NCBI GenBank assembly: GCA_045629165.1 | Contig: JAZQQQ010000056.1 | Span: 14,531-78,530 of the forward strand | DNA from: Bacteroidaceae bacterium | GTDB lineage: Bacteria > Bacteroidota > Bacteroidia > Bacteroidales > Bacteroidaceae | Direction: 5' to 3' | DNA: 64,000 nucleotides | Shown here: piece after piece, positions 47,176 through 54,680 of the stretch | Position numbering within the stretch: the stretch's first letter is position 1 | Layout: every line of letters begins with the position of its first letter | Notes under the pieces: generated by a model | Told to the model about the DNA's origin: nothing | The model's input: the letters and a program-made list of their open reading frames with translations, nothing else | Databases searched by the model: none | Position numbers and translations under genes: made by a program

Positions 47176-47664
47176 ATGAAGCTGCTAAAACTATCATCTG
47201 TATTATCGCTTTTCCTGGCACTGTACTCATGTGGAGATATGGAGGATTTGCTCTATATGTTCGACAAGACCCGATATGACGCATATATTACCAACGAAAC
47301 GGATTGCGATGTAACCATACGGCGCAAGTATTTCTATAAATCCGATGATGGATCATATGACAGTCTCTACCATATCAAGGCCGGCCAGGAACTGGAAATT
47401 CCAATAACAGACCGCTGGAGCATGTCACTCCATACCTTCGAATATGATACCGTATGGTTCTATTTCTCAGACAGTACCACCTGCATTCATACTGCACATA
47501 GATTGCGTGACATAAAAGGTTTTGACAGCATGGTGTATGTGCCTAAAGACTACAATATTCTGAAAATTGACAATCTCAGCACAAATCCTGAAGACAATTG
47601 CTGGGCGAAATCAAAAATAAAGGGCCGTCACTACAGGTATGACTTCTATATTACGGAAAAGTAA
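47176..47664 (+). CDS. Hypothetical lipoprotein (162 aa)
   Basis: Lipobox ALYSC. No family recognised. Confidence 0.5.
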   Translation: MKLLKLSSVLSLFLALYSCGDMEDLLYMFDKTRYDAYITNETDCDVTIRRKYFYKSDDGSYDSLYHIKAGQELEIPITDRWSMSLHTFEYDTVWFYFSDSTTCIHTAHRLRDIKGFDSMVYVPKDYNILKIDNLSTNPEDNCWAKSKIKGRHYRYDFYITEK

Positions 47665-47706
47665 CAGGTTACTTTCTGGATACGTTAATGTACCTGTTGG
47701 TTGGAA

Positions 47707-48429
47707 TTACGCGAATAGTCCTTTTATCAGGTAGAATAGTACCGGAACAAGCAGGCTTGGCAACAGATTTACAGTCTTTGTATCCTTTATTCCCAGGATA
47801 CCCAGGCCTGAACTTACAATAAGGACACCTCCTACTATGCTCAGTTCGGTACGCATTGGTTCCGGCATGGCACTTCCAAAGAAGAATGCTATTGCATAGA
47901 ACATGCCCTGCCAGCAGAACAGGACAGGTGCGGCCAGCAGCATGATCCATCCGTATGAGGCAGCAAGTACTGCGCTGGTTACCAGGTCAAGAGTAGCATT
48001 CGTATAAAGGAATGTGTTGCCCGGTTCGTTTATTGCCCATCCGTGGCTTGGTGAAAGACAGGAAAGTACAGGACCGACTATGCTGAAAGTTCCTATGCAG
48101 TATAGCAGAATGCCTGTCATGAGGCCCTGAAGACCGTTGTTCTCATTCCCATTGCGTTTGTTCAGCTTATTGTTGAGCCTGTCAATCTTTCCCGAAAGGT
48201 CAAGCTTGGTTCCTACCACACCGCCTATGGCCAGGCTGAGTATGAACATTACAGGATACTCGCTCTTGGGCATGTTTGGGAGCGATGCGTTCATTCCGAG
48301 AACCAGACAACAAAGACCGAGTGCGGTAAAAAGTGCGTTCTTGTATTTTTCACCGATTCCAGTCCTGAGTAATGCGCCTATGGTACCACCTATGATTATA
48401 GTACTTGTGTTAACGATTGTGCCTAACAT
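47707..48429 (-). CDS. DUF554 family membrane protein
   Basis: The N-terminus MLGTIVNTSTIIIGGTIGALL and the polytopic hydrophobic profile are typical of DUF554 (YdfK/YqgA-like). Confidence 0.7.
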   Translation of the reverse strand: MLGTIVNTSTIIIGGTIGALLRTGIGEKYKNALFTALGLCCLVLGMNASLPNMPKSEYPVMFILSLAIGGVVGTKLDLSGKIDRLNNKLNKRNGNENNGLQGLMTGILLYCIGTFSIVGPVLSCLSPSHGWAINEPGNTFLYTNATLDLVTSAVLAASYGWIMLLAAPVLFCWQGMFYAIAFFFGSAMPEPMRTELSIVGGVLIVSSGLGILGIKDTKTVNLLPSLLVPVLFYLIKGLFA

Positions 48430-48460
48430 TGTTTTGTGTTTTTATAGTTTTGATGATTAT

Positions 48461-49384
48461 TTATAGTCTATTTTTAATATTCTGCTTCTTGAATTCCGTA
48501 GGTGACATTCCTGTCTTGGTTCTGAAAAAACGGGTAAAGTGGTTTGAATAGTCAAATCCAAGCTGTTCTGCCACATTGCTTATAGACATTGACGGTATTG
48601 CCAGCAGAGACTTGGCTTTTTCAATTGTCTTTCCCTGAATATATTCCTGGGCTGTCATGTGAATCTGGCGTTTAAGCATTTCGCCGAAATAGTTTGGCGA
48701 CAGATGGAATTGGCTTGCGCACCATGCTACTGTAGGCTGACCATACCTTCTTGTATTTTCCGCTGATGATAGATATGCATCAAGTATAGAATCAAGTTTC
48801 ATTATTAGATCGGAATTGCGTAACTGTCTTGTATCGAACTGCCTTTCATAATATCGGCGGCAATAGCTCAGCAACTGACCTATTCCAAGCCTGAGCATAT
48901 GACCTGTGAGTTCATCATTCGGCGCATTCAGTTCCGCATTGATGTTTGAAAAGCAGTTGAGCATAATTTTCCTTTCAACTTCTTGCAATTCAAGCGCTTC
49001 ACAAACATCATAGTCGAAGAAGTTGAACATGTAAAAATCTCTGCCAAGTCCTGTGTTTTCTATGAGTTCAGGCCTGAATGCAAGCATCCATCCGCATGGT
49101 TTGACGTTCGGGTCAAGTCTCATTGATACCACATCACCGGGTTTCATGTTGAAAATAGTTCCGGCCTTGTATCTTACGCTTGAACCTCTAAGATTAAGCT
49201 CGCCAAAATCAACATCCATAAGGACCGTACAATACATTCCGAAATCTGTTGGCTCAAATAGGGTTAGATCAGCCTTGCTCAAGTCCGCTACACTGACTAG
49301 CGGATGCAGTGTGGGTTGATGAAAATATCTATTAAATTCATCGACTCCAGTTACCCGTACAACACTGTCTTCTTTCTGTACCAT
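48461..49384 (-). CDS. AraC-family transcriptional regulator (cupin-like N-terminal domain plus HTH)
   Basis: C-terminal HTH region NYFGEMLKRQIHMTAQEYIQGKTIEKAKSLL..ISNVAEQLGFDYSNHFTRFFRTKTGMSPTEF. Confidence 0.8.
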   Translation of the reverse strand: MVQKEDSVVRVTGVDEFNRYFHQPTLHPLVSVADLSKADLTLFEPTDFGMYCTVLMDVDFGELNLRGSSVRYKAGTIFNMKPGDVVSMRLDPNVKPCGWMLAFRPELIENTGLGRDFYMFNFFDYDVCEALELQEVERKIMLNCFSNINAELNAPNDELTGHMLRLGIGQLLSYCRRYYERQFDTRQLRNSDLIMKLDSILDAYLSSAENTRRYGQPTVAWCASQFHLSPNYFGEMLKRQIHMTAQEYIQGKTIEKAKSLLAIPSMSISNVAEQLGFDYSNHFTRFFRTKTGMSPTEFKKQNIKNRL

Positions 49385-49402
49385 TATTTTGCAATTTATG
49401 TT

Positions 49403-49590
49403 TTGGTATGTAATTGTGGTACATAGTTACAACTTTTGCTTTAATAAACAAAGATATTGGTATGTTAAAATGGTATATTATAGGCAATTCGGTAAAATTG
49501 GTATTTAATTCAGTAAAAATGTTCGCGTGAAATCACCTACTCTGTTGCTCTTTTGCAATCGGAAAAATTACTAAACTAACTATATACCAA
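49403..49590. promoter_or_regulatory. Divergent control region with multiple TTGGTAT boxes
   Basis: TTGGTATG at 49403-49410, ATTGGTATG at 49456-49464, AATGGTATA at 49469-49477 and ATTGGTATT at 49497-49505. An inverted ATACCAA sits at ~49582-49588, directly before the lyase ATG. A -7 box TATCTTTG for the AraC gene is at 49449-49456 on the minus strand. Confidence 0.45.
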
Positions 49591-49591
49591 A

Positions 49592-51040
49592 ATGGCAGTA
49601 AAATTCTACAAGAGTGAGAACCAGGTTCCACTCGAAATGCACAAGGTGAGAATGGTCCAGAAGCTGAATCTGCTTCCAGTTGACGAACGTCTTCGCAAGA
49701 TGCAGGAGGCAGGTAACAATACCTTCCTTCTCCAGAACCGTGACGTATTCCTGGATATGCTGACTGACTCTGGCGTAAACGCTATGTCAGACCTGCAGTT
49801 CGCTGCAATGATGAAGGCCGATGATGCTTATGCAGGTTGCGAGACCTTCAACCGCGTCAAGGATGCAGTAAAGGAACTGTTCGGTTGCGAGAACGTACTT
49901 CCAACCCACCAGGGCCGTGCATGTGAGAATATTCTGGCTGAGGCATTCTGCGCTCCAGGCAAGGTAGCTATCATGAACTTCCACTTCACTACAACCAAGG
50001 CTCATGCAACACGTTGCGGTGCTACAGTTGAGGAGCTTGTCCAGCCAAAGGGTCTTATCCCACAGAGCAATGATCCTTTCAAGGGTGACTATGACCTGGA
50101 CCTGCTCAGAAAGCGCATCAGCGAGATTGGCAGCGAGAACGTTGCTTACGTTCGTGTTGAGGCTGGTACAAACCTCATCGGTGGTCAGCCAGTATCACTT
50201 GAGAACATGCTCGCAGTAACTGACATCTGCCATGAGACAGGCTGTCTTTCAGTTCTCGATGCTTCACTGCTCCAGGACAACATCTACTTCATGAAGACCC
50301 GCGAGGCTCGCTGCAAGTACATGGAAGTCAAGGATATCTATCACCTGCTTGCTGACCACTTCGACCTGATCTACTTCTCAGCCCGTAAGCTCAGCTTCTC
50401 TAAGGGTGGTATCATCTGCTCAAAGGATCCTAAGTGGACCAAGATGCTCCAGCCATTCATTCCTCTGTACGAAGGCTTCCTGACATACGGTGGTATTGAC
50501 GTACGCACCATGGAGGCTATGGCTCAGGGTCTTTACGAGTCAATGGATATGGATTACATCAGCCAGGGCCCTATGTTCATTGAGGCTCTTGCAAAGGAAC
50601 TCGATGCTTACGGCGTTCCTGTAATTCTTCCTGCCGGCGGTCTGGGATGTCACCTGAATGCTGGTGCATTCGTTCCTGACATGCCACACAACCAGTATCC
50701 TGCTGCTGCAGTAGGTTGCGCACTCTACATCATCTCAGGTATCCGTGGTATGGAGCGTGGTACCGTTTCTGAGCAGCGTGAGCCAGACGGAACAGAGCGT
50801 TATGCTGAGCTTGAGCTCCAGCGTCTTGCTGTTCCACGCCGTGTATTCACCCTGTCACAGATCAAGTATGTTGCTGACCGTGTTAAGTGGCTATGGGATA
50901 ACCGCAACCTCATCGGTGGTCTTGAGTGGACTGAGGAGCCAGAAGTTCTCCGCTTCTTCTTCGGCCGCATGAAGCAGATTGGCAACTGGCAGGAGCAGCT
51001 TGTTGAGAAGTTCAAGAAGGACTTCGGTGACAGCCTTTGA
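49592..51040 (+). CDS. tpl: PLP-dependent beta-eliminating lyase with a tyrosine phenol-lyase-like residue pattern (tryptophanase/TPL family)
   Basis: DERLRKMQEAGNNTFLL, DMLTDSG, DDAYAG and THQGR match the family. PLP Lys is in FSARK (K266). The specificity positions read T133 (FTTT), R389 (MERG) and F455 (LRFF). These correspond, from memory, to TPL T124/R381/F448 rather than tryptophanase D137/I396/H463. Confidence 0.6.
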   Translation: MAVKFYKSENQVPLEMHKVRMVQKLNLLPVDERLRKMQEAGNNTFLLQNRDVFLDMLTDSGVNAMSDLQFAAMMKADDAYAGCETFNRVKDAVKELFGCENVLPTHQGRACENILAEAFCAPGKVAIMNFHFTTTKAHATRCGATVEELVQPKGLIPQSNDPFKGDYDLDLLRKRISEIGSENVAYVRVEAGTNLIGGQPVSLENMLAVTDICHETGCLSVLDASLLQDNIYFMKTREARCKYMEVKDIYHLLADHFDLIYFSARKLSFSKGGIICSKDPKWTKMLQPFIPLYEGFLTYGGIDVRTMEAMAQGLYESMDMDYISQGPMFIEALAKELDAYGVPVILPAGGLGCHLNAGAFVPDMPHNQYPAAAVGCALYIISGIRGMERGTVSEQREPDGTERYAELELQRLAVPRRVFTLSQIKYVADRVKWLWDNRNLIGGLEWTEEPEVLRFFFGRMKQIGNWQEQLVEKFKKDFGDSL

Positions 51041-51062
51041 TTACCAGAAGCATATATGCAAC

Positions 51063-51099
51063 AAGAAGAGCAACCGTAAGGCTGCTCTTCTTTATTTTT
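51063..51099 (+). terminator. Intrinsic terminator after the lyase gene
   Basis: AAGAAGAGCAACC-gtaa-GGCTGCTCTTCTT stem running into TTTATTTTTG. Confidence 0.7.
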
Positions 51100-51178
51100 G
51101 TTCTTCTTGATTTTGACTATGATGTTTCAGCTGCGTGAATCCGGATTCTTCCCGAAGTTCAGTTTGTCTTACTGAATA

Positions 51179-52156
51179 TCAGTTTGTCTGCCTGAAATAC
51201 TTGTCGAGAACCATCAGCGAAATGATTGATTCACGCTTACTGTCCGTGAACTGGCTTATGTACTGGTGTGCATTTGAAATAATTGTTTCAGCCTTTTCAG
51301 GGTTTGAAATATAATAATTCAGTTTTTCTTCAAGGTCACTGAAGTCATCACGTATTTCTATATAGTGGAAGTCGGGAATGAGTTTTCCTTCCATGAACCA
51401 AGTCTCAAATTTTGGACGCGGCATTACGGCAATGCTGTTGCTTGACATAATCCATTTCAGGTTGCTTGCTACATCATTTCCCTCAAGTGCCATAATGAAC
51501 TTGTACTCCAGGTGATCCATCAGTGAAATCTTGGGCTTGGCCCATGATTCATTAATATACTTCCCGCCTTCCATGACTTCACCCAGATCGCACATGGGAT
51601 TGCCGAAATACATCTGCATGAACCTGTATCGGTTTTCCTTGAATGCAACACCCTCCATCTGTCCTATGGCTCCGCGGAATATAACCTGATTCTTCTTGTC
51701 ACTCCAATTGGTCTTATCATTGAGGAATATGAAATGGCGTACCAGGTCAAGTTTCATGATTACCGAATTCTCATTTCCTGGACCGATGGGACGGCTTTTC
51801 ACTACAGATGGCAATTCCGGTACATAATTCACATCGCCCCAGCACAGTTTCCATCTTGATGATGGCGCGAAATACCTTGCATATTTCAGGGAATCAAGGT
51901 AGTAAACTTTTGGGTGTCTTATCCTTTCATTGCAGAGCAGTACCGATTCCTGCTGCCATTTCTGCGAAGACCTGTCAAATCCAGTCAGGTCCTTGCAGTA
52001 GTAGTCTACCCTATCCCTTATATATTGCAAGTCATCCCGTTTTTCAGATTCCCTGAACAGTCGCCTGCGCCTTATTTTCAGGATAAGGCGCGGCACAAAT
52101 ACGTGGAAATAACTTCTGGCGTAGTATGCTATCTTGGAATTCTTGCCTGATCTCAT
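51179..52156 (-). CDS. Glycosyltransferase family 90 (CAP10 / lipopolysaccharide-modifying) protein
   Basis: KFIMALEGNDVASNLKWIMSSNSIAVMPRPKFETWFMEGKLIPDFHYIEI resembles Glyco_transf_90. I moved the start to the ATG at 52156 so it does not overlap the upstream porin-like gene. Confidence 0.6.
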   Translation of the reverse strand: MRSGKNSKIAYYARSYFHVFVPRLILKIRRRRLFRESEKRDDLQYIRDRVDYYCKDLTGFDRSSQKWQQESVLLCNERIRHPKVYYLDSLKYARYFAPSSRWKLCWGDVNYVPELPSVVKSRPIGPGNENSVIMKLDLVRHFIFLNDKTNWSDKKNQVIFRGAIGQMEGVAFKENRYRFMQMYFGNPMCDLGEVMEGGKYINESWAKPKISLMDHLEYKFIMALEGNDVASNLKWIMSSNSIAVMPRPKFETWFMEGKLIPDFHYIEIRDDFSDLEEKLNYYISNPEKAETIISNAHQYISQFTDSKRESIISLMVLDKYFRQTN

Positions 52157-52157
52157 G

Positions 52158-52784
52158 TCAGAACTTGAATACAAGTCCGAGTGACAGTACGTCATTCTTA
52201 CCTGCATCATCGGCACTGCCATATGTGAATACTGGCATTGTGCCACGTGTCCAGCGGGCGTCTATGCCAAGGAAATCAGTCATCATGAGTTCTGCACCGA
52301 TTACTCCGGCAAGATCGAAGTTGTTGTATGCATCCTTATCATATGTCCTGTCGTTTGTTGAATCACCGAGTGATGACTTTACGACAGTATTCACCTTGCC
52401 GCCAAGGCAGTAACCCATCTGGATACCTGCATATACCTTGAAGTGCTCATCAAGGAAAGGAAGAGCGTATTCACAGAGAACTGGAACTGCAAGATAGTTG
52501 AGTGTTGCCTTGGTTGTAGTGGTTACACCAGCAGTAGTGTTCTCAAACTTGAATCCGTTTGTCTGGAAAAGCAACTCACCACGAAGGCCTACGCCAAGTA
52601 TTACAGGATATTCAGCAACAAGACCTGCATTGAAGCCGAGATTGCGATTGACATCATCTGATGAAACTCCGGTAAGGTCATTGATTTTTGACATGTTAAG
52701 TCCACCTTTAACACCCAGGTTTACCTGAGCTGAAGCGCTTACTGCAATGATTGCAGCAGCTGCAAATGCAAGAATTTTCTTCAT
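52158..52784 (-). CDS. Outer-membrane beta-barrel (porin-family / OmpW-like) protein
   Basis: The ATG at 52784 gives MKKILAFAAAAIIAVSASAQ, followed by alternating beta-strand-like repeats. It ends in the aromatic ..GLVFKF. Confidence 0.65.
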   Translation of the reverse strand: MKKILAFAAAAIIAVSASAQVNLGVKGGLNMSKINDLTGVSSDDVNRNLGFNAGLVAEYPVILGVGLRGELLFQTNGFKFENTTAGVTTTTKATLNYLAVPVLCEYALPFLDEHFKVYAGIQMGYCLGGKVNTVVKSSLGDSTNDRTYDKDAYNNFDLAGVIGAELMMTDFLGIDARWTRGTMPVFTYGSADDAGKNDVLSLGLVFKF

Positions 52785-52815
52785 GACTTTTATTGTTTTG
52801 ACGATAATTATACCA

Positions 52816-52823
52816 CAAATATA
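52816..52823 (-). promoter_or_regulatory. Bacteroidota -7 box TATATTTG for the porin-GT90 unit
   Basis: The plus strand reads CAAATATA, 32 nt upstream of the ATG at 52784. Confidence 0.4.
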
Positions 52824-52894
52824 CAATATATACTGGTAAACTATGCTTCCTTAACCGAAATAATCCTCTTTAACTAAAAAAAACAAAAAACATC

Positions 52895-54259
52895 TCAGTT
52901 CTTGAAACTGTGTATTGGAGCAGGAATCCTGCCGGTCCTGCCTACAAAATCGGCACATCCGAACTTGCTTACCTGCATGATTGGAGCATGTCCCAGCAAT
53001 CCTCCGAATTCCACGTTGTCTCCCACCTTTTTGCCTATGACTGGAATGATCCTCACTGCCGTAGTCTTCTGGTTCACCATTCCGATTGCTGCTTCATCGG
53101 CAATTATACCGGAAATAGTTGTAGCAGGAGTATCACCTGGTATGGCAATCATGTCAAGTCCTACTGAACATACACAAGTCATGGCCTCAAGCTTTTCAAG
53201 TGAAAGGGCTCCTGCAAGCACTGAATCAATCATACCCTGGTCTTCTGAAACAGGTATGAATGCTCCGCTCAGTCCACCAACATATGACGATGCCATTACA
53301 CCACCCTTCTTCACCTGGTCGTTGAGTAATGCCAGGCAAGCCGTTGTACCTGGAGCGCCGGCCATTTCCACACCGATTTCCTGCAGTATATCGGCTACGC
53401 TGTCACCTATGGCCGGTGTCGGGGCCAGTGAAAGGTCAATAATTCCGAATGGGATTCCAAGTCTTCTCGAAGCTTCCTGAGCAACAAGTTGTCCCACACG
53501 CGTTATCTTGAAGGCGGTCTTCTTAATGGTTTCACAAAGGATTTCGAAGTTCTCACCGCGGACACTCTGGAGTGCATGCTTGACTACTCCAGGACCGCTC
53601 ACGCCTACATTGATTATTGCATCGGGTTCGGTAACACCGTGGAATGCACCGGCCATGAAGGGATTGTCATCGGGCGCATTGCAAAGCACAACCAGCTTGG
53701 CACACCCGAGAGATTCCCTGTCCGATGTCGCCAATGCAGTCTTCCTTACTATTTCACCCATCAGCCTGACTGCATCCATGTTTATGCCTGTCTTTGTTGA
53801 ACCCACATTGACGCTGCTGCAGATTGATTCTGTTCTGGACATTGCCTCAGGAATACTCTCAATGAGCAGCCTGTCACTCATGGTCATGCCCTTTGAAACT
53901 ATTGCAGAATATCCTCCAAGGAAGTTTATGCCTATTTCATGGGCTACTTCGTCAAGTGCTTCAGCAATAGTCACATAATCACCCGGAGTCTTGCAGCATG
54001 CAGCACCAACCAGTGAAATGGGCGTTACTGAAACTCGCTTGTTTACAATAGGTATTCCGTATTCTCTTGAAATCTCCTCACCGGTGCTTACAAGGTTGCT
54101 TGCATAGCGGCGTATCTTGTCCTGTATTTTCTTGCAAGTCTTCTCAAGGCTGGCATCGGCACAGTCAAGAAGGCTTATTCCTATCGTGATGGTGCGGACG
54201 TCAAGATTCTCTTCCGCAATCATCTTGTTGGTCTCAATGACCTCTCTCTGCGTTATCAT
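52895..54259 (-). CDS. UPF0210 / PFL-like (DUF711) family protein
   Basis: The N-terminus ..[27 protein letters not shown] is characteristic of UPF0210. 454 aa. Confidence 0.75.
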   Translation of the reverse strand: MITQREVIETNKMIAEENLDVRTITIGISLLDCADASLEKTCKKIQDKIRRYASNLVSTGEEISREYGIPIVNKRVSVTPISLVGAACCKTPGDYVTIAEALDEVAHEIGINFLGGYSAIVSKGMTMSDRLLIESIPEAMSRTESICSSVNVGSTKTGINMDAVRLMGEIVRKTALATSDRESLGCAKLVVLCNAPDDNPFMAGAFHGVTEPDAIINVGVSGPGVVKHALQSVRGENFEILCETIKKTAFKITRVGQLVAQEASRRLGIPFGIIDLSLAPTPAIGDSVADILQEIGVEMAGAPGTTACLALLNDQVKKGGVMASSYVGGLSGAFIPVSEDQGMIDSVLAGALSLEKLEAMTCVCSVGLDMIAIPGDTPATTISGIIADEAAIGMVNQKTTAVRIIPVIGKKVGDNVEFGGLLGHAPIMQVSKFGCADFVGRTGRIPAPIHSFKN

Positions 54260-54273
54260 TGTCTGTAACGGTT

Positions 54274-54546
54274 TCAGATTCTGTGCATCTTGTCAAAAAT
54301 CTCCTCCTTCTGGCAGAGTATGCGCACGCCCATTTCGCTGCCTGCCTCCTGAAGCTTTGCTATGAGTTCATCATAGACAATCGGTGACTTGTCCGTATCG
54401 ACAATCATCATCATGTTGAAAATGCCTCCCACGATTGTCTGTGAAATGTCCAGTATGTTAATATGGTTGTCTGCCAGTATGGTACATACCTTTGCTATGA
54501 TTCCCACAGTGTCCTTTCCTGTAACCGTTATTATACTTTTGTCCAT
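54274..54546 (-). CDS. ACT domain-containing protein (UPF0237)
   Basis: [50 protein letters not shown]. 90 aa. It precedes the UPF0210 gene by 14 nt. Confidence 0.75.
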   Translation of the reverse strand: MDKSIITVTGKDTVGIIAKVCTILADNHINILDISQTIVGGIFNMMMIVDTDKSPIVYDELIAKLQEAGSEMGVRILCQKEEIFDKMHRI

Positions 54547-54605
54547 ATTTCGTTGATTTCCTAAAAGTTATATCATAAAATGCTAAAATATCCAGCATGT
54601 AACGG

Positions 54606-54613
54606 CAAATATA
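54606..54613 (-). promoter_or_regulatory. Bacteroidota -7 box TATATTTG for the ACT-UPF0210 unit
   Basis: The plus strand reads CAAATATA, 60 nt upstream of the ATG at 54546. Confidence 0.35.
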
Positions 54614-54625
54614 TTCAAAAAATCG

Positions 54626-54633
54626 TATTTTTG
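54626..54633 (+). promoter_or_regulatory. Bacteroidota -7 box TATTTTTG for the histidine kinase gene
   Basis: 48 nt upstream of the ATG at 54681. Confidence 0.35.
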
Positions 54634-54680
54634 GCCTTTAATAGGTTAATTACCGCTGATTTATGTTGTTTTAAGATGTC

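Noticed and set aside
49592-51040. Calling this gene tryptophanase (tnaA).
   Set aside because: The family membership is clear. However, the three specificity positions and the N-terminal region resemble tyrosine phenol-lyase more than TnaA in my by-eye alignment, so I did not use the tnaA symbol. This needs a computed alignment.
51159-51189. The direct duplication TCAGTTTGTCT, twice 20 nt apart, at the 3' end of the GT90-like gene.
   Set aside because: It is short (11 nt), sits in an AT-rich convergent spacer, and has no associated structure or ORF. It is probably chance or a small slippage duplication.
51179-52246. The 355-aa version of the GT90-like ORF, which overlaps the 3' end of the porin-like gene.
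   Set aside because: The first 30 codons overlap the upstream gene on the same strand. The ATG at 52156 sits 1 nt after that gene's stop codon and removes the overlap.
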